DNA from: Armatimonadota bacterium
Lineage (GTDB): Bacteria; Armatimonadota; SYMT01
Direction of reading: 5' to 3'
NCBI GenBank assembly: GCA_041690135.1
Contig: JAWLHY010000010.1
Location: 256,001-320,000 of the forward strand
DNA: 64,000 bases
Position 1 is the first letter of the stretch. Every line of letters begins with the position of its first letter. The position numbers and the translations under genes were made by a program. This document shows positions 17,616 to 27,169 of the stretch, one piece after another. The notes under the pieces were generated by a model that saw only the letters and a list, made by a program, of their open reading frames with translations, was not told the origin of the DNA and ran no database searches.

Positions 17616-19583
17616 ATGCTACGGCGTACCTTCTTTGGCTGCTGTCTCGCGGCCGTCCTTTCACCGGCTATCCCGGCGGCGGCCCAGGAACGCTCTCCTT
17701 TCAATGGCGACAAACGCCTGGAGCAGCCGGTAACCGTTTCCTGGAGAAAAGCGACACTCTACGACGCGTTGCAGGAGCTGACCCGCACTACCGGTATCAA
17801 GCTCAGTCCCGACCTGGCCGTGGTAGATGAGCCAATTATGGCGGCGGCCACGCAGGTGCCGGCAAGGGTCTTGCTGGAACAAATCGCCGATCTGCTCGAT
17901 CTGACCTGGTCCCGCAGCGAGGACAAAGCGGGGACCTCCAGGTACCTCCTCTATCAGAGCCGGGCGGCCCGGGAACGGGAGCTGGCGGAGCTCCAGAAGT
18001 CCGAGCGAGCCGTCGTGGAAGCCCTGAACCGCGACCTGGCCCGGTACCGCCAAGTCGCGAAAATGCCGGAGGATCAACTCCACCAACAGTTGGAGAAGTC
18101 CGACCGGGAGTTGTCGGAATTACTGGCGGGTGGGTTTGCCGGCCTGGGCAACAACCCCGCGGCCACCCGCAAATTCCAGGATGCGCAGGCGCTAAGAGCG
18201 CTCTCTTCGCCGATCGGGCGCTCGATGCTCGGCGTCCTGGACAGCCTGTCTCCCGGGCAATGGAACCTGCTCCGCTCCGACCGCCCCCTGGTGTTCAGCA
18301 GCGATCCCAAGGAAGGGGAACTCCCCTTGCCCGCCTCCATTCAGAACCAGCTTCGCACCGGCACTCCCGGTTTTCCGCTGCCGAAAGCGCTCTTCCGCGC
18401 GCTGGGCCCCCAGGTAGAGCAGGGCATCGGCCAGGCCGAGCGCATGATGCAGAACCGTTGGAACCAGGCGACCGGCTTTAAAGTGACGGTTCACCTCAAC
18501 CTCAATATCGGCTCGCAACCCCTCGGACTCCTGCGGGTGAACCCTGCCCCGCTGGGGGAAGGCGACGCGGGGCCGCAAGGGGATGCCCTGTTCGGCATGG
18601 CGGGACTCCAGATCATGGGAGTTCCTTCCCTCGCCGAAGAACCGACCGAGGACCCGGCCGCCCGTGAAGCCCGTCTTGCCGCCGACCCGGTGCTGGGTAA
18701 GAAGGCAAAGCTAGCGCTGCCGAAGCCCGAGGCAGCCCCCGGTCCCCTGGCGATCCTCGGCCAGCAGCATCGGGTGGCCGACGTGCTTCCGGCGGTGGAG
18801 AAGGCGTTTGGCATGCGGTTGATATCCGATGCCTACAACCGGCAAGCGATGAGCCTCGTTCCCCCTCTTGGCGAAGGGGAGATCCCCCTCTACCGGGTGC
18901 TGGACACCCTGGCCGGTACGAGCCGACGCTGGGAACGGGACGGCCACACGATCCGATTTCGGAGCCGCACCTGGGCGCACGACCGCCGCGCGGAGATTCC
19001 GGTCCGCTACATGCGTCGCTGGCTCGATGCGCGCGACAAGAAGGGGGGATTCGGCCTGGACGACATGGCCGAGATCGCGGCCCTGCTGCGAGATGAGCAG
19101 GTCGATTCCCTGATGTTCAGCGCGCTGGAAGCCGGCGCGAAGGACTTTACCGATTTCGTGATGATCTCTGCAAACCGGAACATACTCCGCTTCTACGGCA
19201 AGCTCATTCCGCCGCAGCGCCGCACCTTGCTGGCTGGCGCGCCGATTCTGGTCCGCGACCTCTTCCCGTATCAGCAGGCGTTGCTGCTGGACCTGAACCG
19301 CGTGCAGAACCGGTCGATGTTCTCCATTGCTCTCGGGGCCAAGCCACAACGCGGCGCAGCCCAACTGGCCAACGCGACGATCAGACTCACGCGGGTGGAC
19401 CGGCCCCAGAACTCGCCGCAAGGTCAGGGCGACCCTCCCCCCACCGGCAACGCCAGTCCCATGAATGCCGCTGCAATGGGTATCTCCGCTCCCACGGCGG
19501 TCTACACTCTGGTGCTGGACCTGGGACAGGGGCAGAAGGACACCTACACCCTACCCCTCATCCGTGCTGCTGCGCGTCCCTGA
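17616..19583 (+). CDS. Large exported hypothetical protein
   Basis: 655-aa ORF, RRTFF signal, N-terminal STN/secretin-like segment. Confidence 0.75.
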   Translation: MLRRTFFGCCLAAVLSPAIPAAAQERSPFNGDKRLEQPVTVSWRKATLYDALQELTRTTGIKLSPDLAVVDEPIMAAATQVPARVLLEQIADLLDLTWSRSEDKAGTSRYLLYQSRAARERELAELQKSERAVVEALNRDLARYRQVAKMPEDQLHQQLEKSDRELSELLAGGFAGLGNNPAATRKFQDAQALRALSSPIGRSMLGVLDSLSPGQWNLLRSDRPLVFSSDPKEGELPLPASIQNQLRTGTPGFPLPKALFRALGPQVEQGIGQAERMMQNRWNQATGFKVTVHLNLNIGSQPLGLLRVNPAPLGEGDAGPQGDALFGMAGLQIMGVPSLAEEPTEDPAAREARLAADPVLGKKAKLALPKPEAAPGPLAILGQQHRVADVLPAVEKAFGMRLISDAYNRQAMSLVPPLGEGEIPLYRVLDTLAGTSRRWERDGHTIRFRSRTWAHDRRAEIPVRYMRRWLDARDKKGGFGLDDMAEIAALLRDEQVDSLMFSALEAGAKDFTDFVMISANRNILRFYGKLIPPQRRTLLAGAPILVRDLFPYQQALLLDLNRVQNRSMFSIALGAKPQRGAAQLANATIRLTRVDRPQNSPQGQGDPPPTGNASPMNAAAMGISAPTAVYTLVLDLGQGQKDTYTLPLIRAAARP

Positions 19584-19699
19584 AACCGGTGGAGAGCAGT
19601 AGTTCCGGCGGGCGGCTCGTTTTCCTGGTCACGGCGGGCATGCTTCCGCTCGCGGGGTTCATCCTGAAGATCCGGCGGCGACGCACCAGCTAACGCAGC

Positions 19700-19741
19700 G
19701 AAAGGCGGGGGGAATGCAACATCGCACTCCCCCCGCCTTTC
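19700..19741. terminator. Bidirectional terminator hairpin
   Basis: GAAAGGCGGGGGGA..TCCCCCCGCCTTTC between convergent genes. Confidence 0.8.
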
Positions 19742-19782
19742 CTCTTGTCGGTTGCCGCACCCGCGGGACACGAACCGGGCTA

Positions 19783-20232
19783 CTAGCCGGACTGTCGCAC
19801 AAAGTTGAGGCGCAGGTTGTTGAGCATCACCTGCAACTCGCGCTTCTCGTCCGGTTCCGCGAACGGCTCCAGGTGCCTCACCAGGTCCGCGATCAGATCG
19901 ATGCCGCGGCGAGCCTCGGGAATGTTCTTCTCGACCTTCCCCGTGCCCGGGTTGGCGTACAGGCCCATGTTGATCCAGGTCTTCTCGTTGAGAATGCCGA
20001 TCGTCATCCGGAGAATGGCCGTGACGTCGAAGTCCGCTACCGGGTCAGGACCCTCGTCATTCAGCTCGCCCATCTCGTCCCCGGCGCCGGGCATCCCGGC
20101 TACCTGAGGACCGAAGGGGCCAAATGGCGACTGCCCGGCGGCCGCCGTAACTTCCTCGGGACTCGCCCCGCCACCGTTGGCGGGCTCCCGGCGGCGACGA
20201 TCAATGACTTCAAAGCCGCGATCTTCTGACAT
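19783..20232 (-). CDS. DUF1844 family protein
   Basis: MSEDRGFEVIDRRR, MGLYANPGTGK, ARRGIDL, LNNLRLNFV. Confidence 0.85.
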   Translation of the reverse strand: MSEDRGFEVIDRRRREPANGGGASPEEVTAAAGQSPFGPFGPQVAGMPGAGDEMGELNDEGPDPVADFDVTAILRMTIGILNEKTWINMGLYANPGTGKVEKNIPEARRGIDLIADLVRHLEPFAEPDEKRELQVMLNNLRLNFVRQSG

Positions 20233-20249
20233 ACGTTTGAACCCCTGCT

Positions 20250-21629
20250 TTACTGACCGGCGCCGAAGGCGTTGAAGCCCGCGGGAGCTCCCGAGCCCGG
20301 TCGGAAACCCGGCTCGTTGCGGCGCGCAATCTGCATTCGCTTGATCTCTATCACCTGACCGGCGGGAGCGACAAATTCCAGGCGCCGCCAGGCCCCGTTG
20401 ACTCCGGAAATGTTCACTTCCCAGGAGACCACCCCCGAAAGCGAGGCCGGCCCCTTCTTCAACTGGGGCTCCTGGCGGAGCGGATCGGGGCTGGGTCGAG
20501 CCGGAGTGAGCGTAGCGGTAACCCCGGTGGGGAGTGTTCCATCTACGTCGACACGCCAATCTCCACCCGGCAGGTAGACCCAGTAGGACGCCTTCTGGAA
20601 TCGTGCCGGAGCTCCCGGCACAGTGCCCGGAGCAGGCTGGGATTGGTCCGGAATGAAGGCGGTGGGGGAAACCGTCAACTGGAGCGGCTTCATCTCCTGC
20701 AGGGCGGACGTGATGTAGAGCGGCAGATTCTGCGGGCGGGGCGTGGCGAACTTCTGGAAGAGCGTCTTCAGCACTGCCGGACCGTGCGCCGCTTCCATCG
20801 CGAGGATCTGCCCGATGAAGAAGTTCATCCCATCCGCATCCATCTTCTCCACGGAAGCGGAGGCCGGGCCCTCCTTCAGGAACCGTTCGCGCAACGGCAC
20901 GACCTGGTTGGCGACGTAGGCATTTCCATCGATGGGCGCGCTCCAGACATTGGAGATACCGTTGTCGGCCAGCAGCCACTTCATCAAGAGGCGCTCGCCC
21001 AGGTAACCGTTGGCATTGGCCTCCGGTTCGGTGTACTTACCGATGGTCGGCAAGAAGATGTGAGAGTATTCATGCGCCAACTCGCGCACCCACTCGGCGG
21101 GAGCGCGAGACTCCTTGATGGCATAGAGGAAAATGCTGCCGCGATACTCCTCCGCTCCGGCCTTACCATCGTGCGACAGGAACACGCTCACGGGACGCCC
21201 GTCGACCGGTCCCACGCCGAGGTAATCCCGTGCCACCCAGTAGAGGTGGGTCATCACGTTACCAACCCAGCGGGCCATGGGCTCATCCTCGGGATTGAGG
21301 AAGTGAATCACGAAGCGGAGATCGTTCTCTTCCCGGTTGCTTCCCTGCGCGTCGGTGAGGCACATCACCTGCAGCCGGTGAGGATACTTCAGGTTGTACT
21401 TGGGATCGTTCTCCGGTCCCCGGGCGCTGCGAGCCAGGCGCGGGAGGAACATGGTCCACCGGCGTGGGGGAATTCCCGCGCCCAGGCGCGAGTCTTTGTA
21501 GGAGAGTGAGCCTTCGCGCGGGGGACCGGCGGGCTTCTCCGGCTGGGTCTCTTGCGCGCTGACGCGAGAAACCAGGCACAACGCCGCGGCCATCGCCAGC
21601 CAGAGGCGATGGGTCTGTCGCATTGACAT
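20250..21629 (-). CDS. Secreted protein with zincin-like HEXXH motif
   Basis: Signal peptide; ELAHEYSH with downstream NGYLGE. Confidence 0.7.
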   Translation of the reverse strand: MSMRQTHRLWLAMAAALCLVSRVSAQETQPEKPAGPPREGSLSYKDSRLGAGIPPRRWTMFLPRLARSARGPENDPKYNLKYPHRLQVMCLTDAQGSNREENDLRFVIHFLNPEDEPMARWVGNVMTHLYWVARDYLGVGPVDGRPVSVFLSHDGKAGAEEYRGSIFLYAIKESRAPAEWVRELAHEYSHIFLPTIGKYTEPEANANGYLGERLLMKWLLADNGISNVWSAPIDGNAYVANQVVPLRERFLKEGPASASVEKMDADGMNFFIGQILAMEAAHGPAVLKTLFQKFATPRPQNLPLYITSALQEMKPLQLTVSPTAFIPDQSQPAPGTVPGAPARFQKASYWVYLPGGDWRVDVDGTLPTGVTATLTPARPSPDPLRQEPQLKKGPASLSGVVSWEVNISGVNGAWRRLEFVAPAGQVIEIKRMQIARRNEPGFRPGSGAPAGFNAFGAGQ

Positions 21630-21992
21630 TTTTCTGAATTCTCCTGGCGGCGGACGGATCGGGGAGGTCTTGCCGCGTCCTACACGTAATTATTTATCGG
21701 TAGCGTCGTTTCCGGCCGACTCTGTAATCCCTCGGAAATCACAGTTCGCCCGTTCGACCCTGGTTGCTGAAGCCCGCACCGCTTTCCCGCCCGGCCTCAC
21801 ATCCACCACGCATTAGACGGAACTTGTCGCGACAGGGGTTCCCCGTGCTGAAGATCCGTCCGCTTGCTACCGAGAATCCTGATTAACCGTAGGTTCCCTG
21901 CTCGCTCCGCCCTTTCGGGTGGCCATCCCTACCAACGGGGTCCGGCCGTACGGAGCCGAGCTATCGATACGTCCAATCACAGGAGCTAGCCC

Positions 21993-22655
21993 ATGCAGTT
22001 CACCCCGCGCATGTTCCTGTCGCTCACCGTCGGCGGCCTTCTAACTCTGGTTTCTCCGAAACCCGGCGTGTTCGCGGAAGATGCGAACCCCGCACCGGAG
22101 AAGCCCGTCGAGTCGTCCGCCCCGGCGACTGCGCCTTCCATCCCAGCAGATACCCAGAATACCCAGGTTGCGCCGGTTCAAACCCCCGATAAGAATGCGG
22201 CGTCCGTCATTCAGCCGACCCCCGAGGAAATCCGCTCGGTAGAGCTGGTGAACCGGGAGCGAAAGAAGCTGGGCCTGCCCCTCCTTACCATTGATCCGAC
22301 GCTGATTGCCGTGGCGCGCGAGCACAGTAAGGAGATGATGGAGAAGAAGTACTTCAGCCATCAGTCGCCGACTCCCGGACTGAAGACCCCGATGGACCGG
22401 TTCCTCAAGGTCGTGCCGAAGCCGGAATATGCGTGCGTGGGCGAGAATCTCTTCTACTGCACTGTGGTGGATGTGCAGCGGGGTCATCAGGCCTTTATGA
22501 ACAGCCCGACCCATCGGGACAACGTGGTCTTCCCCCGGTACGAGAAGATCGGTGTGGGCATCATCAAGAACGAGAAGGGCGAGTTCTGGATCACCCAGAT
22601 GTATCTCACCACCACCGACCCGATCAAAGTCGCCAAGCGGATGGGGATGAAGTAG
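21993..22655 (+). CDS. CAP/SCP domain protein
   Basis: VNRERK, AREHSKEM, YFSH, GENL, NSPTHRDN, GVG; SD AGGAG. Confidence 0.92.
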   Translation: MQFTPRMFLSLTVGGLLTLVSPKPGVFAEDANPAPEKPVESSAPATAPSIPADTQNTQVAPVQTPDKNAASVIQPTPEEIRSVELVNRERKKLGLPLLTIDPTLIAVAREHSKEMMEKKYFSHQSPTPGLKTPMDRFLKVVPKPEYACVGENLFYCTVVDVQRGHQAFMNSPTHRDNVVFPRYEKIGVGIIKNEKGEFWITQMYLTTTDPIKVAKRMGMK

Positions 22656-22685
22656 GTTCGGGTGCCTAGCTCCGCCGGGCAGGCG

Positions 22686-22879
22686 TGGCCATCCCCCAGG
22701 GTGGTTCAGTTTTCGGCGTGGTCGGATCAGCAGCCCCGGCGCATGCGTCCGTATGGAAGGGGCAACTAGACGATAGCCGGGGGTGCAAACCCCCGGACTG
22801 CTACGCACCCATAGAAGGAGCCCTGAAAGGGCGGCAGAGGGCAGCATCTGCGAAAACTGACCCCGTCTTGGCCATCCCC
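22686..22879. mobile_element. MITE-like element containing REP-like hairpins
   Basis: TGGCCATCCCC direct repeats at 22686-22696 and 22869-22879; subterminal inverted TCAGTTTTCG/CGAAAACTGA; internal CCGGGGGTGCAAACCCCCGG and GCCCTGAAAGGGC. Confidence 0.65.
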
Positions 22880-22903
22880 TGGTCAGGGCGCTTGCCTGTA
22901 AGC

Positions 22904-22933
22904 AAGGGCCGGCGAGTATCGCCGGCCCTTTTT
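22904..22933 (+). terminator. Intrinsic terminator
   Basis: AAGGGCCGGCGA-GTA-TCGCCGGCCCTT TTT. Confidence 0.8.
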
Positions 22934-22997
22934 CGGCAGGTAAGCTGCCATCCCGAGTGGAAAGTGTTTCCGATACCGGAATTACCCTTTCCATCCC

Positions 22998-23477
22998 ATG
23001 CGCCTCAAGCACCCTGAGACTGCTTCCACGGATTCTACGGAACAGCTTCTGTCGCCGGTGGGTCTCCCCCATGACGCCGGTGAGCGGCTGGAGTCCGCCC
23101 GCGCCGCGGACCGGCGGTGGCGGGAGGCACGGAGCGATCGTGTTCGGCGACAGTTGGTGCAGATCGACCGGGTCCTTCGCCCGCTCGAGCGAGCCACCAA
23201 CGTGGTGCACTTGCTCTTCCTGCTGCGGACTTTTCTCTACGTCTTCCAGTTTGATGGCGCCGTCCGACAAGCCCTCAAAGGCACCTCCGGCGAGTGGTGC
23301 CTCTGGGCGACGGATGCGGTGTTTCTTGCCTATGTATGCGGGGTGTTTCCGCTCTTTCTCTGCGTATGGTTGTTTCGCACGGGCCTGAAGCGCTGGGCGA
23401 GGCGGCAGTGCATCAGCAATGAAGCCGAAGGTGACGGGACCTGCGAGCCGACGCGGGCGGCCGCGGAGTCAGGGTGA
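22998..23477 (+). CDS. Hypothetical 2-TM protein, paralogue A
   Basis: LPHDAGERLESARAADRRWRE shared with next gene. Confidence 0.65.
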   Translation: MRLKHPETASTDSTEQLLSPVGLPHDAGERLESARAADRRWREARSDRVRRQLVQIDRVLRPLERATNVVHLLFLLRTFLYVFQFDGAVRQALKGTSGEWCLWATDAVFLAYVCGVFPLFLCVWLFRTGLKRWARRQCISNEAEGDGTCEPTRAAAESG

Positions 23478-23486
23478 GGAGGAGGC

Positions 23487-24473
23487 ATGCCGACCACCCA
23501 GCATCGTCTCAACCTGGAGCAGGAGGCTCTGCCGCTTGCCGAACCGGTGACCCTCCCGCACGCGGGCGAGCGACTGGAGTCCGCTCGCGCCGCCGACCAG
23601 CAGTGGAGGGAAGAACGCACCGAGCGAGCACGCCGGCGGTTTGCGCGGGTCGAACGGCTCTATCAATGGTCTGTGCGTGCCAACGAGTATACCGGTGGAC
23701 TCCTCCTCTTCTGGGGGATCGGTCGGCTACTCGGTTTCCTTCCCAACTTCCTGGAGTGGATTGGCGAACCAACGCGCAGGTGGTACGTTCACCTCTTGAT
23801 CGTGCTGCTGCTGGTAGACTTCCTCGTGATTCTCCCCCTTCGGTTTGTCACCTGGCTCTACCGCCGTTGGCTGATGGGATGGGCGAAGCGGCACTGTATT
23901 GAGCTTGAGGATGAACCTGAGATCCAGGAAGAAGCTCCGGAGGCTGAGGAAACGCTCGATATCCTGGATCACCTGCCGCACCGGTACCAGGACACGCAAG
24001 CGTCAGGTGCGAATAGACTCACCATTCGGACCGGAGAGGGCACCAGAGGTTCGTTCGCCTTACGGATGCGCCTGCAAACGGGAAGACCGGACGGCAACCT
24101 GGCAGCAGGGGAACAAAAGCAGGACCCAGTTGCCAACGAGCGAACTACCTGCTTGCTGCAAATCCAGGTGAACTGTGCGCGCGGTTCATCCCCCGCCTGG
24201 CCGATTGTGGCAGCCTGCGGTGAAGGGATGGTAGCAAGCCTTGGCGCGCTTGCCGCACAGTTCTCGCACGGAAGAACAGGCGGTATAGTCTCCACCCGAA
24301 GGTATCGAACCCTTGTGCCGGTGCGGAAGGTGAGCCACGAGTGGGTCACCTTTCGCACCGGCGGAGTTCGCGAAGCCTATTCAAGAGGCGTCACTGCTTC
24401 CGGGGACTCCCCGGCGGTTCTAGACGCCGAACCTATACCGGCCTCGGCACCTCAGCCGACGCCGTTGCCGTAG
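23487..24473 (+). CDS. Hypothetical 2-TM protein, paralogue B (C-terminal half doubtful)
   Basis: SD GAGGAGG; LPHAGERLESARAADQQWRE; tail overlaps the convergent gene. Confidence 0.6.
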   Translation: MPTTQHRLNLEQEALPLAEPVTLPHAGERLESARAADQQWREERTERARRRFARVERLYQWSVRANEYTGGLLLFWGIGRLLGFLPNFLEWIGEPTRRWYVHLLIVLLLVDFLVILPLRFVTWLYRRWLMGWAKRHCIELEDEPEIQEEAPEAEETLDILDHLPHRYQDTQASGANRLTIRTGEGTRGSFALRMRLQTGRPDGNLAAGEQKQDPVANERTTCLLQIQVNCARGSSPAWPIVAACGEGMVASLGALAAQFSHGRTGGIVSTRRYRTLVPVRKVSHEWVTFRTGGVREAYSRGVTASGDSPAVLDAEPIPASAPQPTPLP

Positions 24474-25408
24474 GCCTGGTAAATGACCTCCACCGCGCGC
24501 AGGCCGTCCTGACCGGTAACGCGGAGTTCGTTCTCTCCGCGCAGGACGGCGGCGAAGTGGCGGAGCTCTTCGACGAAGCGGCTGCGGTTGTCCGGCTCCA
24601 TCTTCGTCCAGGCGTCTTCTCCGGCCAAGCGATAGCGGGTTTCGCCCGTGTCGTAGTCGATGACGGCGGCGCCGTTCTCGCCATAGATCTCGACCACGTT
24701 GGCCGACCAGGGCGTCATCCAGCTTGCTTCGATCACGCCGATGGCTCCATCCGTGGACGTGAGTAGCATGGCCGCGCTGTCTTCGATCCCGCGCTCCTGA
24801 ATCATCGGGTTGAAGGCACGACAGGCGCCGCTGACCGCACCCACCTCGCCCACCAGGTGGCGGAACAGATCGACACTGTGAACGGAGGTGTCCATCAGGG
24901 TGCCGCCGCCGGCGATCTCGCCGTTGCTGAACCAGCGGTCCTCCACCCCGGTGAACCGCGTGCCGAAGCGGTTGCGGAACATCAGGACGCGGCCCAGTTT
25001 CCCTGCATCGATGAGCCCGCGCACCCACTCCACGGGCGGGTGGAAGCGGTGGCAGAAGGCGGTCATCAGCAATGTGCCCGATTCCTCGGCCGCCACCGCA
25101 ATCGCGCGGGCCTCCTCCGGGGTGCGCGCCAGCGGCTTCTCGCAAAGAGTGGGCAGCCCGCGCTTCAGGGCTGCAATGGCAACGTCCGCATGCAGGTGCG
25201 GAGGCGTGCAGATGTCGAGCGCATCCAGTTCTTCCGAGTTCAGCATCTCCTGCCAGTCGGAGTAGGCCTTGCCTCCCCCGGCTTCCGCCCGGGCCAGGTC
25301 GACGTCGCAGGCGGCGACGACGCGGGCGCCTTCCACCTGCGCCCACGAACGGAGATGGACCGCACCGATCCCCCCGCACCCCACAACCCCTATCTTGAGT
25401 TCATTCAT
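24452..25408 (-). CDS. Gfo/Idh/MocA oxidoreductase
   Basis: GVVGCGGIG, CTPPHLH, CEKP, GGGTLMDTSVH. Confidence 0.93.
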   Translation of the reverse strand: MNELKIGVVGCGGIGAVHLRSWAQVEGARVVAACDVDLARAEAGGGKAYSDWQEMLNSEELDALDICTPPHLHADVAIAALKRGLPTLCEKPLARTPEEARAIAVAAEESGTLLMTAFCHRFHPPVEWVRGLIDAGKLGRVLMFRNRFGTRFTGVEDRWFSNGEIAGGGTLMDTSVHSVDLFRHLVGEVGAVSGACRAFNPMIQERGIEDSAAMLLTSTDGAIGVIEASWMTPWSANVVEIYGENGAAVIDYDTGETRYRLAGEDAWTKMEPDNRSRFVEELRHFAAVLRGENELRVTGQDGLRAVEVIYQAYGNGVG

Positions 25409-26488
25409 TCACGGCTTTCCTTCACGGCTTTCTTTAACAGCCAACTGGCCGCATGCGGCGTCGATATCCTGGCCCCGCTCCACTCGCTGCGTGGTCGAGA
25501 TCCCATAGCTCTCCAGCACGCTCCGGAAGGCCCGCACGCGCTCCCGGGACGGCGCCTCGAACTGCCCGAACGAGGCCGTTGGGTTCCACGGTATCAGATT
25601 CACGTGTGCGATCAACGGCCGATCCGGCCCCCGGACGAGGCGGGCAAGCTGGTGGGCGTGCTCCACTTCGTCGTTCACCCCGGAGAGGAGAAGATACTCC
25701 AGGGTGACCCGGCGTCCGGTTTTCTCCGTATAGCAGCGGACCGCCTCCATCACGTCTTTCACCCCCCACTTACGCGACATCGGAATCAGCTTCTCGCGGA
25801 GTTCGTCGTTAGGCGCGTGCAGGGAAAGGGCCAGGGTCACGGGGATCCCTTCTTCCGCCAGCTTCCGGATCCCCGGAACGTGTCCCGCCGTGGAGACGGT
25901 GAGGTGACGGTAGGAGAGCCCCACCTCTTCATGCAGGAGCCGGAGCGCGCGAACCAGGTTGTCGTAATTGATCATCGGCTCACCCATGCCCATGACTACA
26001 ACATGGGTGACGCGCCCTTCCGGAGCATTCTCGGCGGCGGTGAGGACCTGGTCCACGAACTCCCCCGGCGTGAGATTCCGACCGAAGCCCATGGTGGCCG
26101 TGGCGCAGAAGACACAGCCGACCGGGCACCCCACCTGGCTGGACACGCACACGGAGGTCCGGTCCTCGTACGGCAACATCACCGTTTCGATGCTCCGGTT
26201 ATCCGGGAGGGCCAGGAGCAACTTTTGTGTGCCGTCGCGGGAGGCCTGGCGCCGCGCCACCTCCGCCCGGCCGACCTGGAACCGCTCCGCAAGCCGCCGA
26301 CGGAAATCCGCCGGTAGATCCGTCATTTCGTCGAACGACCGGGCACCCTTGCGGTAGATCCAGGCGGCCAACTGCCGACCGCGATACCGGGGCTGGCCCA
26401 GCGATTCCACAACCGCCTCCAGTTCCGGCCGCGTTTTGCCCAGCAGAGGCTCCAGCGCCACCGGGGCCTCCAGTACCTGTAGTTCCAT
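25409..26488 (-). CDS. rlmN: 23S rRNA/tRNA m2A methyltransferase
   Basis: CVSSQVGCPVGCVFCAT, MGMGEP, SLHAP, EYLL, NLIPWN, DIDAACGQL; start at MELQV. Confidence 0.95.
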   Translation of the reverse strand: MELQVLEAPVALEPLLGKTRPELEAVVESLGQPRYRGRQLAAWIYRKGARSFDEMTDLPADFRRRLAERFQVGRAEVARRQASRDGTQKLLLALPDNRSIETVMLPYEDRTSVCVSSQVGCPVGCVFCATATMGFGRNLTPGEFVDQVLTAAENAPEGRVTHVVVMGMGEPMINYDNLVRALRLLHEEVGLSYRHLTVSTAGHVPGIRKLAEEGIPVTLALSLHAPNDELREKLIPMSRKWGVKDVMEAVRCYTEKTGRRVTLEYLLLSGVNDEVEHAHQLARLVRGPDRPLIAHVNLIPWNPTASFGQFEAPSRERVRAFRSVLESYGISTTQRVERGQDIDAACGQLAVKESREGKP

Positions 26489-26554
26489 CTCTCCCTCTCC
26501 CGTTGCCCACTCCGGTCTCGCCGCCATCGGCGGCTCCGCGCGGCCCGCCCGCCC

Positions 26555-26560
26555 ATTATA
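26555..26560 (-). promoter_or_regulatory. -10 element of rlmN promoter
   Basis: Perfect TATAAT on minus strand about 67 nt upstream of start. Confidence 0.55.
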
Positions 26561-26669
26561 GCGCGCCTGCCACCCGTACCCTCTTACCCAGCCATGCCTC
26601 ACCCGGCGCGGGCCTCTGTCTTGCCACTTTCTCGGTTCCGAAAGCCGGAAAAAAAGGCCGGCGCCGCGT

Positions 26670-26698
26670 TTGACGCCCCCACCGACCGCCGGTATCAT
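26670..26698 (+). promoter_or_regulatory. Sigma70-type promoter
   Basis: TTGACG-17 bp-TATCAT with A-tract upstream (26649-26655). Confidence 0.75.
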
Positions 26699-26704
26699 GA
26701 CTGT

Positions 26705-26835
26705 ATCAAAGGAGGTGATGACTTAATGGATCACAGTCGTCGAGGTGGCTGTAGGAGTTAACCACCTACTACCAGACTGGGGTGAACTCCTAAATCCAAC
26801 CAGTTCACCGGCGGGGGACCCTTCGGGGTCCCCCG
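26705..26835 (+). ncRNA. Candidate structured small RNA carrying an extended SD and 11-aa micro-ORF (26726-26761, MDHSRRGGCRS)
   Basis: Own promoter, AAAGGAGGTGAT, two hairpins with complementary loops, terminal 10-bp C(UUCG)G hairpin. Confidence 0.6.
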
Positions 26836-26949
26836 TATTGCTGTACAATGGAAAGCGGCGGGTGGTCGCACGCCGAGCATCCGTACGCAAGGAGATTGCT
26901 CCGGCCCCTCCGTGGGTAGACCAGAGCAGAGTCGCAGGGAGGTACGAAA

Positions 26950-27153
26950 ATGAGCATGGGATCGCCCATCAACCCGTCTGAACCGGAGTCCGAAGAGGAC
27001 GAGTACGAAGAAATCAATATCGACGTCACGGAAGAAGGCGAGGTGTGGGTCCACGGGGAGGATTGGGAACTGAAGTTCAGCCCCGAAGAGGCCCGCCAGT
27101 TGGGGCAGGCCCTGCTGGACGCCGCGGACGACGCGGAGAACCCCACCGAGTAA
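26950..27153 (+). CDS. Small acidic hypothetical protein
   Basis: SD GGGAGGT; 67 aa; genome-like codon use. Confidence 0.75.
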   Translation: MSMGSPINPSEPESEEDEYEEINIDVTEEGEVWVHGEDWELKFSPEEARQLGQALLDAADDAENPTE

Positions 27154-27169
27154 CGCCGCCGCCCGTATC

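Noticed and set aside
21840-21970. Possible c-di-GMP-I or c-di-AMP riboswitch upstream of the CAP gene
   Set aside because: Only a GCCGAGCTAtCG-like 3' piece is present; the GGCAAAC/GACGCAAAGC and ydaO core motifs are missing.
25409-26488. cfr resistance methyltransferase
   Set aside because: MGMGEP motif and housekeeping context fit RlmN.
26705-26740. 16S rRNA 3'-end fragment
   Set aside because: Complementarity to 16S stops after AAGGAGGTGAT; no further rRNA sequence. Treated as an extended SD.
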